From positions 170,320 through 234,319 of the forward strand of contig OZ241742.1 of NCBI GenBank assembly GCA_965200955.1: a DNA stretch of 64,000 nucleotides. Reading direction: 5' to 3'. Shown piece after piece: positions 1-10,074 of this stretch. The notes under the pieces were generated by a model that saw nothing but the letters and a program-made list of their open reading frames with translations, was not told the DNA's origin and searched no databases. Origin of the DNA: Rhodothermales bacterium. GTDB taxonomy: Bacteria; Bacteroidota; Rhodothermia; Rhodothermales; Bin80. Numbering within the stretch: position 1 is the first letter of the stretch; every line of letters starts with the position of its first letter. Position numbers and translations under genes: made by a program.

Positions 1-943
1 GGTTTTTGGAATAGGCAAATAATATTGAGTAATTACGCTGGCAAAGTTTGTCAAGTACATGAACATACATATCAGTCCATGTTCCATCAATTTTTTCATT
101 TTCAAATCGAAAATAATCCAATTTCGAGTGAGTGACTTTCTTAATCTCAAAGAGATTGAGCTCTTCATTAGTGTTAATTACTACAATTGTCTCATCTTCT
201 AACTCTATCCGTTTAGATGGACATGGGGGATCATGCTTAACGGATTGTATCAACCTCAAAAAAGCATCAGGAAGTGCTTTTATCACATCCTTTTTGATAT
301 CACTTTTGGCCGCACCAAAGATGGTTTTTGACAAGAAAGAAATGAACTCAGGGGTGGGAGATGTACTTTGTTCTTTCAGAAAATCATAAATTTTATCTCT
401 TCGCGCATTCCGAAGAGCTAATTCCTTGAGTTTCGATGAGTCAAAGTCATGGTAAGAGAAGCGTAATAAGAATTCTATTGATTCCTGATCCGCATCATTA
501 ATTTTAAATACAAAGAATGGCTCATTGTCGAGAATATTCGTGTTCTCTAAATCTGTATAAAAACGGTATTCATTCCCATTGGTCAGAATCACAAATTTTA
601 CCTCCAGTACACCAGTAAAATAATGTTTGATTTGATTAACATAGTTATTATTATCCAAAGATTCACCCAGTTTCTTACCCTCAATAAAAATAATTAGATG
701 ACCTTGTTTCTTGAGTGCAATATCAACCCATCCTGATTTGGTGTCACGAGGATTTGCATGATATTGAGAACTGAACGTCTCTGGATTGGAAGAATAATAA
801 CCCAAAGCCTCAAACAAGGGGCGAATAAAAAAATTCTCCGTATTTGCCTCACTGAGGCTCTTGTTGTCATGCTCCTTGAGTCGATTACTCAACTCTTGAA
901 TTTTTTTGAGCACACCTGCCAAGGTTGGCACACGATCTATCAT
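1..943 (-). CDS. HsdR-N-terminal-like (PD-(D/E)XK fold) domain protein; 3' end lies beyond the window
   Basis: Absent from the ORF track because no stop lies inside the window. Hand translation from the ATG (complement of 941-943) stays open to base 1: MIDRVPTLAGVLKKIQELSNRLKEHDNKSLSEANTENFFIRPLFEALGYYSS...SGWVDIALKKQGHLIIFIEGKKLGE...KFVILTNGNEYRFY... The E-N-FFI-x-P-LF-x-LGY segment followed by a D...E-G-K core matches my memory of the type I restriction R-subunit N-terminal domain family. Confidence 0.55.
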   Translation of the reverse strand, partial: MIDRVPTLAGVLKKIQELSNRLKEHDNKSLSEANTENFFIRPLFEALGYYSSNPETFSSQYHANPRDTKSGWVDIALKKQGHLIIFIEGKKLGESLDNNNYVNQIKHYFTGVLEVKFVILTNGNEYRFYTDLENTNILDNEPFFVFKINDADQESIEFLLRFSYHDFDSSKLKELALRNARRDKIYDFLKEQSTSPTPEFISFLSKTIFGAAKSDIKKDVIKALPDAFLRLIQSVKHDPPCPSKRIELEDETIVVINTNEELNLFEIKKVTHSKLDYFRFENEKIDGTWTDMYVHVLDKLCQRNYSILFAYSKN

Positions 944-1366
944 CAATCTTAAATAAGTGAACTTAAAAGTTAAGCAATTTTACGAAAACAATCGAGCTAC
1001 TACAGTATCATCGGATTATCGTGAATGATTGAACATTTTCCTTTTTCAGTGGGATTGCCTGTATATTCAGATCATTACGTCTCGTTTGACACTCTATAAA
1101 ATCATCAATCCAAGTGCCAACTCTAAATCACCTGATGTATGCATTTAAATTTGGGAGTGATCTATGTGATTGCCCGAACTGATTTTGGGGCCGGGGGTAT
1201 CCTAAAATTTGTTGATCTTGGGAATTATACTACAGAAAATTTATTGTTTTCCCTGTATCTTTCCATATTGATGTATGTATGTTTACCGATATATTCATGT
1301 CTCAGAAAGGAACTCATATTGAATCTGTCAGTTGCTGTGCATGGAAAGACTCAAATCAGGATGACC

Positions 1367-1415
1367 TGAAAATTACGAATCTACCGATGTAAGAACTGCC
1401 AATCTACGGGGTAAG
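1367..1415 (+). repeat. Solitary diverged copy of the 46-bp (A+B) unit of the 49.8-50.6 kb tandem array
   Basis: tgaaaat TACGAATCTACCGATGTAAGAAC TGCCAATCTACGGGGTAAG. The two cores start at 1374 and 1397, exactly 23 nt apart, in A-then-B order. They are 12/14 and 13/14 identical to TGCAAATCTACCGA and TGCAAATCTACGGG, and are preceded by gaaaa as in the array. Confidence 0.45.
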
Positions 1416-1516
1416 ATGCGAAATCATTGGACACAATCCATTCTGAACGAAAATGGAACCGTAGAGTTCATCAAGTAATGGTTAATCGTTCTATTTTGGA
1501 GTTCATGAGCTCTGAT

Positions 1517-2119
1517 TTCATTTTTGATCGTGCACTCGCCGAATATTTTCATTAGAGGGAAGAGATCATGGATACGTTCAACTGTGCACTTGAATTCTTT
1601 CGATTAAAGAGCAAGGAGACAACCTTTTTGATCCAAGGAGCATCTGGTGCGGGGAAAAACTACACTGATCGACAAACTCTGTATTGAAGCAAAGGGGTGG
1701 ACGGTCGCCACCATTTCAATACAAGACTTGTACACTCCTGCATCTATGACGCAGTCGTTAGGGAAGTCTTACGTACTTGACCGTGAAATCGCAGCTAAGG
1801 TCGGCATTAAGATCCTTGAGGGTGGGTATGTTGAGCATGTGGCCGGGCATGCAAGTTCAAAAGAAATGCTCAGACATCTAGCACCCGACAAGGACTGATT
1901 CTAGTTCTTGACGAAGCGCAGTACCTCCGAAATCTATAAAAAACTCCTAAGGATCAAAATTTAGCACGGGATACCTTAGATGTGATTCACAATGGTAAAC
2001 TGGGAAGCACTGTCATGTTACTCGCGGCGGGGTTGGGTACGACTGAATCGGCTTTGAGCTTACTGGGCATTTCCCGATCTGATATTGATTGTACCATTCT
2101 GCTGGGGGTAGGAGAGTGA
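1517..2119 (+). pseudogene. Decayed paralog of the AAA ATPase encoded at 15749-16873
   Basis: Hand translation: ...AEYFH*REEIMDTFNCALEFFRLKSKETTFLIQGASGAGK (in-frame TAG at 1553-1555). A 1-nt insertion in the A5 run 1655-1659 then shifts the frame to TTLIDKLCIEAKGWTVATISIQDL... (ORF 1647-1898). A further frame change gives LILVLDEAQYLRNL*KTPKDQNLARDTLDVIHNGKLGSTVMLLAAGLGTTESAL...GVGE*. This is collinear with PYFHGRSKIMHKF..LIQGAPGAGKTALVDQ..GW..LLLILDEAQML..AIHNGKMRAPIMLIAAGLRTT of the intact gene. Confidence 0.65.
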
Positions 2120-3552
2120 CTATGGACTACGTCACTTCCTACATCGGAAATCAAACCAAAGAACATAAAGAAACTGATCACAGACATTCTCCAAGAAATT
2201 ATATGAAAGGCACAAACAAAGGATAGAAACGCATGATTGAAGTGCACTGGTGTAGAATCTTTGTCCAACACATTTTGACCGCCCTATCAAGGATTTTACA
2301 GTAATGATAAAAATACATAATTCCAAAATTACTAATTCTCTTTTACTCAGGCAGGTGAAAATTATTCCCTCAATTCTAAAACAGATGACGAGAATCTTTT
2401 CTTGAACCTATCCACATTTGATCCTTACCGATTATCTCATCAACACCTTAGTCGCTAAATCATCTACGTTCTCATTCGGATCTCGCAAGTAGAATGATGA
2501 TCTCAATCTCGGAATATTTCTAATTTTCAGATATAACGATGATGATCACCATCCTTGAGATTCTGATAAATCTGTGGGGCTTCCGTTTTTTAAGGATTTA
2601 TACGTGATGCGGTTTTCAACTTTTCGTTATGCTATTGAATTAAGATTGTCTTTCACAAACTTCTTGTGCCCACCGTGATCCATCTAACAGGAAGGTTTTA
2701 CCATTATTTCACAAGATTCTTCAAAGATTTACTCTTACTTTTTTACCCATTGCAAAATCACATTGTACTAAAAACTGGAACCAGTTGATAGTTTGCATGG
2801 AGGCGATCTATAATCTCTATGGCTTTTTTATCCATTTCGTTTGAGTTTCCCATTACAAATACATCCCAAGTTAGCACCAATATTGAACTAAATGTATCTT
2901 TGAGATCTTCAAAACATTTTTCTGAAAGCGATGTGTCAAGGTCTTCGGAGTCAATGGTCAAGTATTGACCGCATTCGGATTTTCTTACATCAAGTCTGAT
3001 TGGTTCATTCCGTACGAGTTAATGCTTCTCCTTATAAGGAATTTCATGAACCGGAATTTGTGGTCAATCGGTCAAGTTATTGATGCCAAATGATTTAGTG
3101 GATCCCATTAAATGCCACAGGTTTCAAGATTCAGAGAGAATGTGTAGTATAGGTACTATTTCCTTGTTGATTGCTCAAGAAGTGTCCACTTGAAGAAATG
3201 CTCTTTCCCAAGTACACAGCACACATTCAACCATATCAAAATTTATTATGCGTAGAAAGGTCAAGGACTAAGAGTGGATCAGTTGCATGATGTATCATAG
3301 TTCACCAAGACGGTTGGCGAACAATCTGAAAGTATTCACCTTGATTCGTAATATGGTATCCATCAACTTGGGACAATCTTATTTTCCTCGCTTGGATCAA
3401 TCGAAGGTTTTATTCTCATAGAGTTGGGGTGGTCGTATTTTGTAGAAGCGGAAGATGAATCCTTGGATCGGTGCACAATATCTTTGAGCCCAGTGAGCAC
3501 AAATATATCTTCAAAGTTTTTAACTTTATCTCAATCCTAATTTTCAACAATC

Positions 3553-5259
3553 ATGCTGACTTCTCTGAAACGCCAGTTTGTGCTCATAAGTGTACTACTG
3601 CTTTTGGGTTGCTCCAATGAGCAATCTGCTACGCTTGCAATCATCAATGGTAAGATTGTGACGATGAATCCATCACAGCCCGAAGCAGAAGCATTAGCCG
3701 TCAGTGATAATACGATTCTTGCAGTTGGTTCTATGCAAGAGATTGAAACCTATATTGGTACCCAAACAAAAATCATTGATTTGGATGGAAAACTGGCGAT
3801 CCCTGGTTTAATTGAAGGGCATGGACATTTCCTTTCCATTGGAGAAGCGAAAATGATCCTGGATCTTTCACAGACCCAAAGTTGGGAGTCCATTGTTGCG
3901 ATGGTTGACTCCGCAGTGACCGTATCAGATCCGGGGGAGTGGATCACTGGGCGTGGCTGGCATCAGGAGAAATGGGATTCCATCCCACCCAATACTGTTG
4001 AGGGCGTTCCCACGCACCATTCACTCAGCGCGGTATCTCCAGATAATCCAGTGTTTCTTCGTCATGCCAGTGGCCATGCCGCATTTGCAAATCAATCTGC
4101 CATGAATGCCGCTGGAATTAGCCCCGAAACTCCAAACCCTCCCGGTGGAGAACTCATCCGTGATCTTCGTGGAGAACTGACTGGATTGCTAAGAGAAACT
4201 GCAGAGAGCTATGTGGAAGCTGCATTGGAAAAATCACGCGAGAGCATGAGTGAGGAGGAATTAGATCAAGAGCGTCGTATGATGGCTCATCTGGCAGCTC
4301 AGGAGGCCCTGTCACATGGAATCACTTCTTTCCATGATGCAGGTGTAGGATTTTCAACCGTAGACTTCTATAAACAACTTGCCGTTGAGGGCAATCTCCC
4401 CGTTCGGTTATATGTGATGGTTCGTGAAAATAGCACTTCCCTATCTGAAAAATTGGCATCCTATCGATTCATAGGTTTTGGAGATCATCACCTTACCGTT
4501 CGTAGCATCAAACGTTCTATTGATGGTGCCTTGGGTTCGCATGGTGCATGGCTTCTTGAACCATATACAGACATGCCCTCATCCAGAGGATTAGAAACCG
4601 TATCGGTAGAGGAAATCAAAGCCACCGCAGAAATTGCTAAATCGCTTGATTTTCAATTCAACATACATGCCATCGGAGATCAAGCCAACCGTGCTGTTCT
4701 TGATATCTACGAATCCTTTTATAGCCAAACCGATCAGGATTTACGTTGGAGGATTGAGCACGCACAGCATCTCCACCCCGATGATCTTCCAAGATTCGGC
4801 AGTCTGGGCGTTATCGCGTCCATACAGGGAATCCATGCCACTAGTGATGCACCGTGGGTCTACCGTCGATTAGGTCAGGAACGAGCCCAGTCAGGTGCCT
4901 ACAGGTGGCAAACACTTTGGCAAACGGGTGCATTGGTCAACAACGGCACAGATGCACCAGTGGAATCCATTGACCCGATTGCTAATTTTCATGCGACGGT
5001 CACACGAATGTTGGCCGACAGTTCCCTTTTTTATCCTGAAGAACGTTTGTCACGACTGCAGGCACTGCAGTCCTATACGATCAATAATGCCTATGCAGCC
5101 TTTGAGGAAGACATCAAAGGTTCACTTGAAACTGGAAAACTGGCAGATATTACCGTCCTCTCCAAAGATATTTTTACCATTGATGAAGACGAAATTACCA
5201 GTACAGAGATCCTCTATACCATCGTCGGAGGCAATGTCCTGTATCAGAAAGAACACTAA
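3553..5259 (+). CDS. Amidohydrolase-family metallohydrolase (Amidohydro_3/YtcJ-like), predicted lipoprotein
   Basis: 568-aa ORF. N-terminal lipobox VLLLLGCS. Metal-binding GLIEGHGHF motif, later NIHAIGD and NGTDAPVE motifs typical of TIM-barrel amidohydrolases. Confidence 0.85.
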   Translation: MLTSLKRQFVLISVLLLLGCSNEQSATLAIINGKIVTMNPSQPEAEALAVSDNTILAVGSMQEIETYIGTQTKIIDLDGKLAIPGLIEGHGHFLSIGEAKMILDLSQTQSWESIVAMVDSAVTVSDPGEWITGRGWHQEKWDSIPPNTVEGVPTHHSLSAVSPDNPVFLRHASGHAAFANQSAMNAAGISPETPNPPGGELIRDLRGELTGLLRETAESYVEAALEKSRESMSEEELDQERRMMAHLAAQEALSHGITSFHDAGVGFSTVDFYKQLAVEGNLPVRLYVMVRENSTSLSEKLASYRFIGFGDHHLTVRSIKRSIDGALGSHGAWLLEPYTDMPSSRGLETVSVEEIKATAEIAKSLDFQFNIHAIGDQANRAVLDIYESFYSQTDQDLRWRIEHAQHLHPDDLPRFGSLGVIASIQGIHATSDAPWVYRRLGQERAQSGAYRWQTLWQTGALVNNGTDAPVESIDPIANFHATVTRMLADSSLFYPEERLSRLQALQSYTINNAYAAFEEDIKGSLETGKLADITVLSKDIFTIDEDEITSTEILYTIVGGNVLYQKEH

Positions 5260-5594
5260 ATCCTTATGATTCTGGATGCGATGGTCAGGTATCCCAAATA
5301 GACAGCTACCATGAGAGATCCCATCATTTCGCGGCCCGCTTCATCCTCAAAATAATGGAGTCCCTGGCTGATCACAATCCACACATAATAGAAGCTGAAC
5401 ACAAATGCTACGCTTGAAAGGATCGCAATGATATACCACGGCAACCTGTAAAATAGTGATGCAAAGCCCAAGATGGAAGTCAGTCCATAGACCACAACCC
5501 AAAGAAAAGCATCTGGATCATTGAACTGCCAATATGCAAATACCAAGAACAGGAATGCACTCAAAAAAGTGATGCCTTTCAGTAGGATATTCAT
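5256..5594 (-). CDS. Small integral membrane protein (about 4 TM helices)
   Basis: 112-aa ORF made almost entirely of hydrophobic stretches (ITFLSAFLFLVFAYW, FLWVVVYGLTSILGFASLF, WYIIAILSSVAFVFSFYYVWIVI, MMGSLMVAVYLGYLTIA). Its stop overlaps the convergent amidohydrolase stop. Confidence 0.6.
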   Translation of the reverse strand: MNILLKGITFLSAFLFLVFAYWQFNDPDAFLWVVVYGLTSILGFASLFYRLPWYIIAILSSVAFVFSFYYVWIVISQGLHYFEDEAGREMMGSLMVAVYLGYLTIASRIIRI

Positions 5595-5609
5595 GAGACT
5601 TGGCTCCGA

Positions 5610-7691
5610 TTACCAGTTCATCCGAAGTCCAGCGAGTAAGGATCGCCCTGCTGCTGGATAAAGGAAAAGCGTGTCTGACCCGCCGGGATCAAAAAATCCC
5701 GTTGTACTGAAGAGATTATTCATCAAGTTAAGCGTCTCAAGTTCTACCGTTACCCATCCCAACGAATAGGTCAACTTGAAGTCTACTGAAGAAAAATTAT
5801 CCAATCTTTCAGTATTTGCATCATCAAGCCAGATTCTGCGTGTACTCCGAACCGTTGTCATCGCACGAACTCGGTCAAGAAGTGGTACACTGATCGCAGC
5901 TGATACATAATCCTGCGGAATCGTTCTGATGAACTTTCCTTTGTGCTCACCTGCACGGTAGGTCACATGCTGAAGCGTATAATTGAATCTTAAGGACGCA
6001 AGACCTATCCGTTCAAGTTGTACTCCCAATTCAACTCCACGGTGGCGACTGCTGGCAATATTTTCGTATTGGAAGGTTTCAAATTGAAAATCAAGCTCAT
6101 CCTCCATATCCATGTGATAGAGACTGAGCGTAAGGTCACCCGTAAGTTTTTCGGGAATGAGTACAGCTCGGTGATACACTCCAGTTTCAATACTGATGCC
6201 CCGCTGAGGTTTTAGATTTGAATTTGAAATCGATATCCCAGGCATTGCAATTGGGATTAGCCTTTGTCCAAAGAGTTGATCCATGGTTGCCGTCTTAAAC
6301 GATTGAGCAACATTCGCATACCAATTTCCTATATGGTCTGCACTTGAAATGTACCGCACATTCAACCCGAATTTAGGGCTGAGTGCAGTGTGCACTGGAT
6401 CCAATTTGGAACCCCCTTCGGGAGTATAGGAATCTGCAATCCGGTCATAACGAAGGCCTGCCGAGAGTTTAAGCTGAGACAATAGCTCTACGTCATACTG
6501 CAAAAATGCAGCGTACGATTGTCGGGAACCTGATCCACGAGTAGAAAGATCACCTATCGAACCATCAAAACCGTTAAATACCTCGGCAGGACCTGTCACC
6601 ATATCATACCATGCTACATCTAATTCCCCATTCTGAAGATCTCCTCCCACAGTAAGATGATCATTCGCTATAAGATCTTGAGAAACCCATTGCACGCTGA
6701 CAAATGAGCGGGAAGCATCAAACTGTCTCCATTTCACATCTGCAAATTCAGCACTCAGCGGCAGTGTGCGTGCCCCTTTCAATCCACGCTCATTCAGGAT
6801 CACCGATGCGAGTAATTCAGAACTTTGACTCAGGTTGAATATCCCTCGCAATGCCAGTCTTCGTGTATCTTCATCATTGTTGTCGTATTGAAAAAAAGGA
6901 GACTCCTGTACTCGGTCCTGTGCAATCTGCTGACTGGTGAGAGGCCCGGGTACATCATACTTTCGGGAATGTAAAGATGCTGAGAACCTCAGATTGAGTC
7001 GCTCAGAGTTCAGTAGATCAATTTCCATACCCAAGCCAGCGAGTGTTCGGTTGGCATGTTCACGGTAGCCATCAGTTGACTCATAGTTTCCATAGGATGA
7101 AATTCTTCTACTTCCCAACGAAAAATAGGAAGATCCACTTGCTTTCAATGTTCCATGGGAACCTCCAGCAATAGACAATTGATAGCTTGAAGGAGCGTCG
7201 GATGCAGTGATGATGTTGATGACTCCGCCAATGGCAGCATCTCCATAGAGCGACGATGCCCCACCACGAAGTACCTCAACCGACTCAATAGCGGCGAGTG
7301 GAATTTGATCCCAGTTGACCAGTCCAGTTTCAAGTGCATTCACTGGCTGATTGTCCACCATAAGTAATACATATTCAGCCTCTCCACCGCCATAAAATCC
7401 GCGGATGATTGGCTGCACATCATATCCAATACCATCTAATTGAAGCAGGGTAAAACCTGGCACTTGCCGAAGGATTCCTCCGAGCGTTTGAACTCCGGCC
7501 AATTGCTGGATATCATTTCGTTTTAGAACACTGATTGCACCCGTAGATTGTGATCGTATAGATTTATATCGATCGGCGGTCACGATGACATCGTCCATTT
7601 CAACGAGTCTTAGCGTATCTACATCCTGAGCGGATGTAGATGTAGACACTGAGTAAGTCAACAAGAATAGCAACAACACTCGTAATAACAT
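5610..7691 (-). CDS. TonB-dependent outer-membrane receptor
   Basis: Signal peptide MLLRVLLLFLLTYSVSTSTSAQ, plug motifs (DDVIVTADRYKS, VEVLRGGASSLYGDAAIGGVINI), long beta-barrel ending ...GLRMNW. The ORF track begins at 7766, but the Met at 7691 directly precedes the signal peptide. Confidence 0.85.
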   Translation of the reverse strand: MLLRVLLLFLLTYSVSTSTSAQDVDTLRLVEMDDVIVTADRYKSIRSQSTGAISVLKRNDIQQLAGVQTLGGILRQVPGFTLLQLDGIGYDVQPIIRGFYGGGEAEYVLLMVDNQPVNALETGLVNWDQIPLAAIESVEVLRGGASSLYGDAAIGGVINIITASDAPSSYQLSIAGGSHGTLKASGSSYFSLGSRRISSYGNYESTDGYREHANRTLAGLGMEIDLLNSERLNLRFSASLHSRKYDVPGPLTSQQIAQDRVQESPFFQYDNNDEDTRRLALRGIFNLSQSSELLASVILNERGLKGARTLPLSAEFADVKWRQFDASRSFVSVQWVSQDLIANDHLTVGGDLQNGELDVAWYDMVTGPAEVFNGFDGSIGDLSTRGSGSRQSYAAFLQYDVELLSQLKLSAGLRYDRIADSYTPEGGSKLDPVHTALSPKFGLNVRYISSADHIGNWYANVAQSFKTATMDQLFGQRLIPIAMPGISISNSNLKPQRGISIETGVYHRAVLIPEKLTGDLTLSLYHMDMEDELDFQFETFQYENIASSRHRGVELGVQLERIGLASLRFNYTLQHVTYRAGEHKGKFIRTIPQDYVSAAISVPLLDRVRAMTTVRSTRRIWLDDANTERLDNFSSVDFKLTYSLGWVTVELETLNLMNNLFSTTGFFDPGGSDTLFLYPAAGRSLLAGLRMNW

Positions 7692-8175
7692 CTTTTTAAT
7701 ATAATGGATAGGTATTGGTTGAATGATGAAAAAGTAGTTGACACTAAACATCAAAACTTCCTCCACATCTATGAATAAAGGACTCAGCTACCTTCAAGCC
7801 ATTAAAGCGAACATCCTTGAAGGTTTTGAAAAATTTCAATCGTAGACTTGTACTGTTTAACACCGCCAATTATCCAGACCCTGAATGAACCATGACAGTG
7901 GTACTTAATCGTTTTTTCTGATATTCTATTAAGGATCAATAGAGACAGATGCCTCCATCATAGCTGGATGAATGAGGAAATGGTCCTAAATTAATCCATG
8001 GATTACTTGAGATCTTCACTGACTAACTTGATTGATAACTCTTAAGAGAATCATTTTTTAAGAATATTTGCACATCTCATTTATGATGAATGTACGTCTA
8101 CAAAACGATTTTGGTAAGTAAAGCGGGTGTAAAAAGGTACCATATGACTTCCGCAGTATAGCAAATAATCGATTC

Positions 8176-9780
8176 CTACAACATTGAAAAATGTTCAGCA
8201 ATCTGATCCAATTTTTCAATGACTTCTGGATGAATTTCCTGTTTCTCCATCTCAGCCGCGATTTGATAAAAGTCTCGTTCATCGATATTCAAAAATGCAG
8301 AATTGAAGAATTGAGATAGTAGGCTTTTTGCTTTGATTTGCTGATAATAATTAGATGTATCAAGCATGTTATCGTATACTACTGGGGGTAACTGATCACG
8401 AATGAATAATGTTACTTTCTGGGCAGACTGTACTCCATGGTTCTTTTCTACAAATCGAGTGATTGCATCAGGATGGATCAGATAACTCTCTATCTCATAC
8501 CTTTCCCAGTACATGCGTATCATCCCCTTAGGGAGTTTAGGCATCGTACTGCGATCTTTTCCATTGCTATCACACAACTCCACTCCTCTAAAATCAGGCA
8601 CAAGTCCTTTAAGAGCAACAAAATGTCGAGTAGCGGACCATTCATTCCGAGCAGTTTCCCATGTAAATGGACACTCAAGAAATGGTAATAGAGGGTGCTC
8701 CAAAATACGTGCCCATTCCTTCAAAATGAGAATATCTGTGGATCCTTCAATATATAATATTTTTGCTTCTGTCTGTGCATTACAGATATCTACATTTTCG
8801 AGGTATAATGTATCTGATACTTTTCGTTTATCCGTGATCGTATACATTTCACTTCCCAATACACGGAGATCATCTCTTTGAACCGTGTTGATGAGCCGTT
8901 CAGAATGCGTAGCAATAATAAGTTGAGTTTGATTTTGACGAACACGCTTTAATAAATGCTGATAAATCTTATTCTGCAATAGAACATGCAGATGTGCATC
9001 TGGCTCGTCAATGAGTACAACTGAATTCTGTTCGTAAAGTAAAGTTGCATAAACCATTAAAATTTGTAAAAAGCCAGCTGCCGCACTACTCAATTCATAA
9101 AAAGTATCACTCATTGAATGACGATAACGTACATATACCTCAGCAGCTCCACTGGGAGGGTCCAACTCAAATCCAAAAAATGACCGAACGATAGATCTCA
9201 ACTCATTCCATTTATCCGAATCCTGGCTGATATGTAATAGCATATTCCGAAGGATGCTACCTCCTTGTCGGCGTGCCAACCGGGCTGTAATCACTATTCT
9301 ATCATAAAGTGGCTCCCTTAAATCCAACCCCGTAAATGGAGGAATATATGTGGAATGGATCGGTTGTTTGACGTATTTGTCTATATCACTTTCTTTCACC
9401 TCTTGGACTGGACGAATATCGGCTAACTCCCGCTCATGATAGATTATTTCAAAGCCGATTTTCCATGACTTTGTGTGTAACCATATGGATGAAGGATAAC
9501 GAACATTTTTACTGTGCCACAGATGATCAAAATCTATCAATGGCACCGATTGAAACTCTAAGACATTCAAACGAATACTCGGATAATTGCCATCTTCTTC
9601 CCGAGCGAGATCTGGAAAATTTTTTGACCAATGAGATGCAAATTCTATCCAACATGCGATAGCTTGAAGAAGTGTTGTTTTACCAGAGTTATTCTGACCA
9701 ACAATGACAACGTGATCAGGAAGATCAAACTCCAAATGCTCAAACTTCTTGAAGTGGTTGATAATCACTTTTTTGATCAT
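8176..9780 (-). CDS. ABC-type ATPase fused to a Toprim/DUF4435-like C-terminal domain (OLD-family or fused AriA-AriB/PARIS-like candidate)
   Basis: Walker A VGQNNSGKTTLLQAI, signature-like ELSSAAAGFLQIL, Walker B VVLIDEPDAHLH, H-loop IIATHSERL. The C-terminal ~200 aa start with KILYIEGSTDILILKEW (E-G-x-x-D as in Toprim-like DUF4435/RloB domains) and carry a later acidic patch VELCDSNGKD. The likely start is the Met at 9780 (MIKKVIINHFKKFEHLEF), not 9825. Confidence 0.6.
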   Translation of the reverse strand: MIKKVIINHFKKFEHLEFDLPDHVVIVGQNNSGKTTLLQAIACWIEFASHWSKNFPDLAREEDGNYPSIRLNVLEFQSVPLIDFDHLWHSKNVRYPSSIWLHTKSWKIGFEIIYHERELADIRPVQEVKESDIDKYVKQPIHSTYIPPFTGLDLREPLYDRIVITARLARRQGGSILRNMLLHISQDSDKWNELRSIVRSFFGFELDPPSGAAEVYVRYRHSMSDTFYELSSAAAGFLQILMVYATLLYEQNSVVLIDEPDAHLHVLLQNKIYQHLLKRVRQNQTQLIIATHSERLINTVQRDDLRVLGSEMYTITDKRKVSDTLYLENVDICNAQTEAKILYIEGSTDILILKEWARILEHPLLPFLECPFTWETARNEWSATRHFVALKGLVPDFRGVELCDSNGKDRSTMPKLPKGMIRMYWERYEIESYLIHPDAITRFVEKNHGVQSAQKVTLFIRDQLPPVVYDNMLDTSNYYQQIKAKSLLSQFFNSAFLNIDERDFYQIAAEMEKQEIHPEVIEKLDQIAEHFSML

Positions 9781-10074
9781 CCTGTAACGATAGTCATTTA
9801 TTATTGATGTACTACAGCATCGCACCTCAACTGTGCGATTAATTCATGCAGGCAAATGTTGTAGAGACAACAGAATATTTACCCTGAAACCGTAACTGCT
9901 CATGCCAGCCTCTATATACCAGCTATCTGCAGTTGTTCTACATGAATCAACGCTGTCATTTGAAAATTGTTCAATACAATAACCATACACGTTTGAAGAA
10001 AATGAGCACTTCATAATGAGGTTTGATTGATAGTATCCTTCTTATTCCGCATAGATCATTAGGGATGCTCCCCC

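Noticed and set aside
2758-2961. 67-aa acidic minus ORF in the 1.2-kb gene-poor stretch 2300-3550.
   Set aside because: It is isolated, has no motif and no partner gene. The surrounding region looks like decayed sequence, so support is insufficient.
7861-7925. TPP-riboswitch-like string on the minus strand upstream of the TonB receptor (ggtctggataattggcgg resembles the CUGGAUAAUGCCAGCG pyrophosphate-sensor helix).
   Set aside because: The obligatory CUGAGA and GGGG elements of the THI-box 5' half are absent from the rest of the leader. The match is probably chance. An Infernal scan with RF00059 would settle it.
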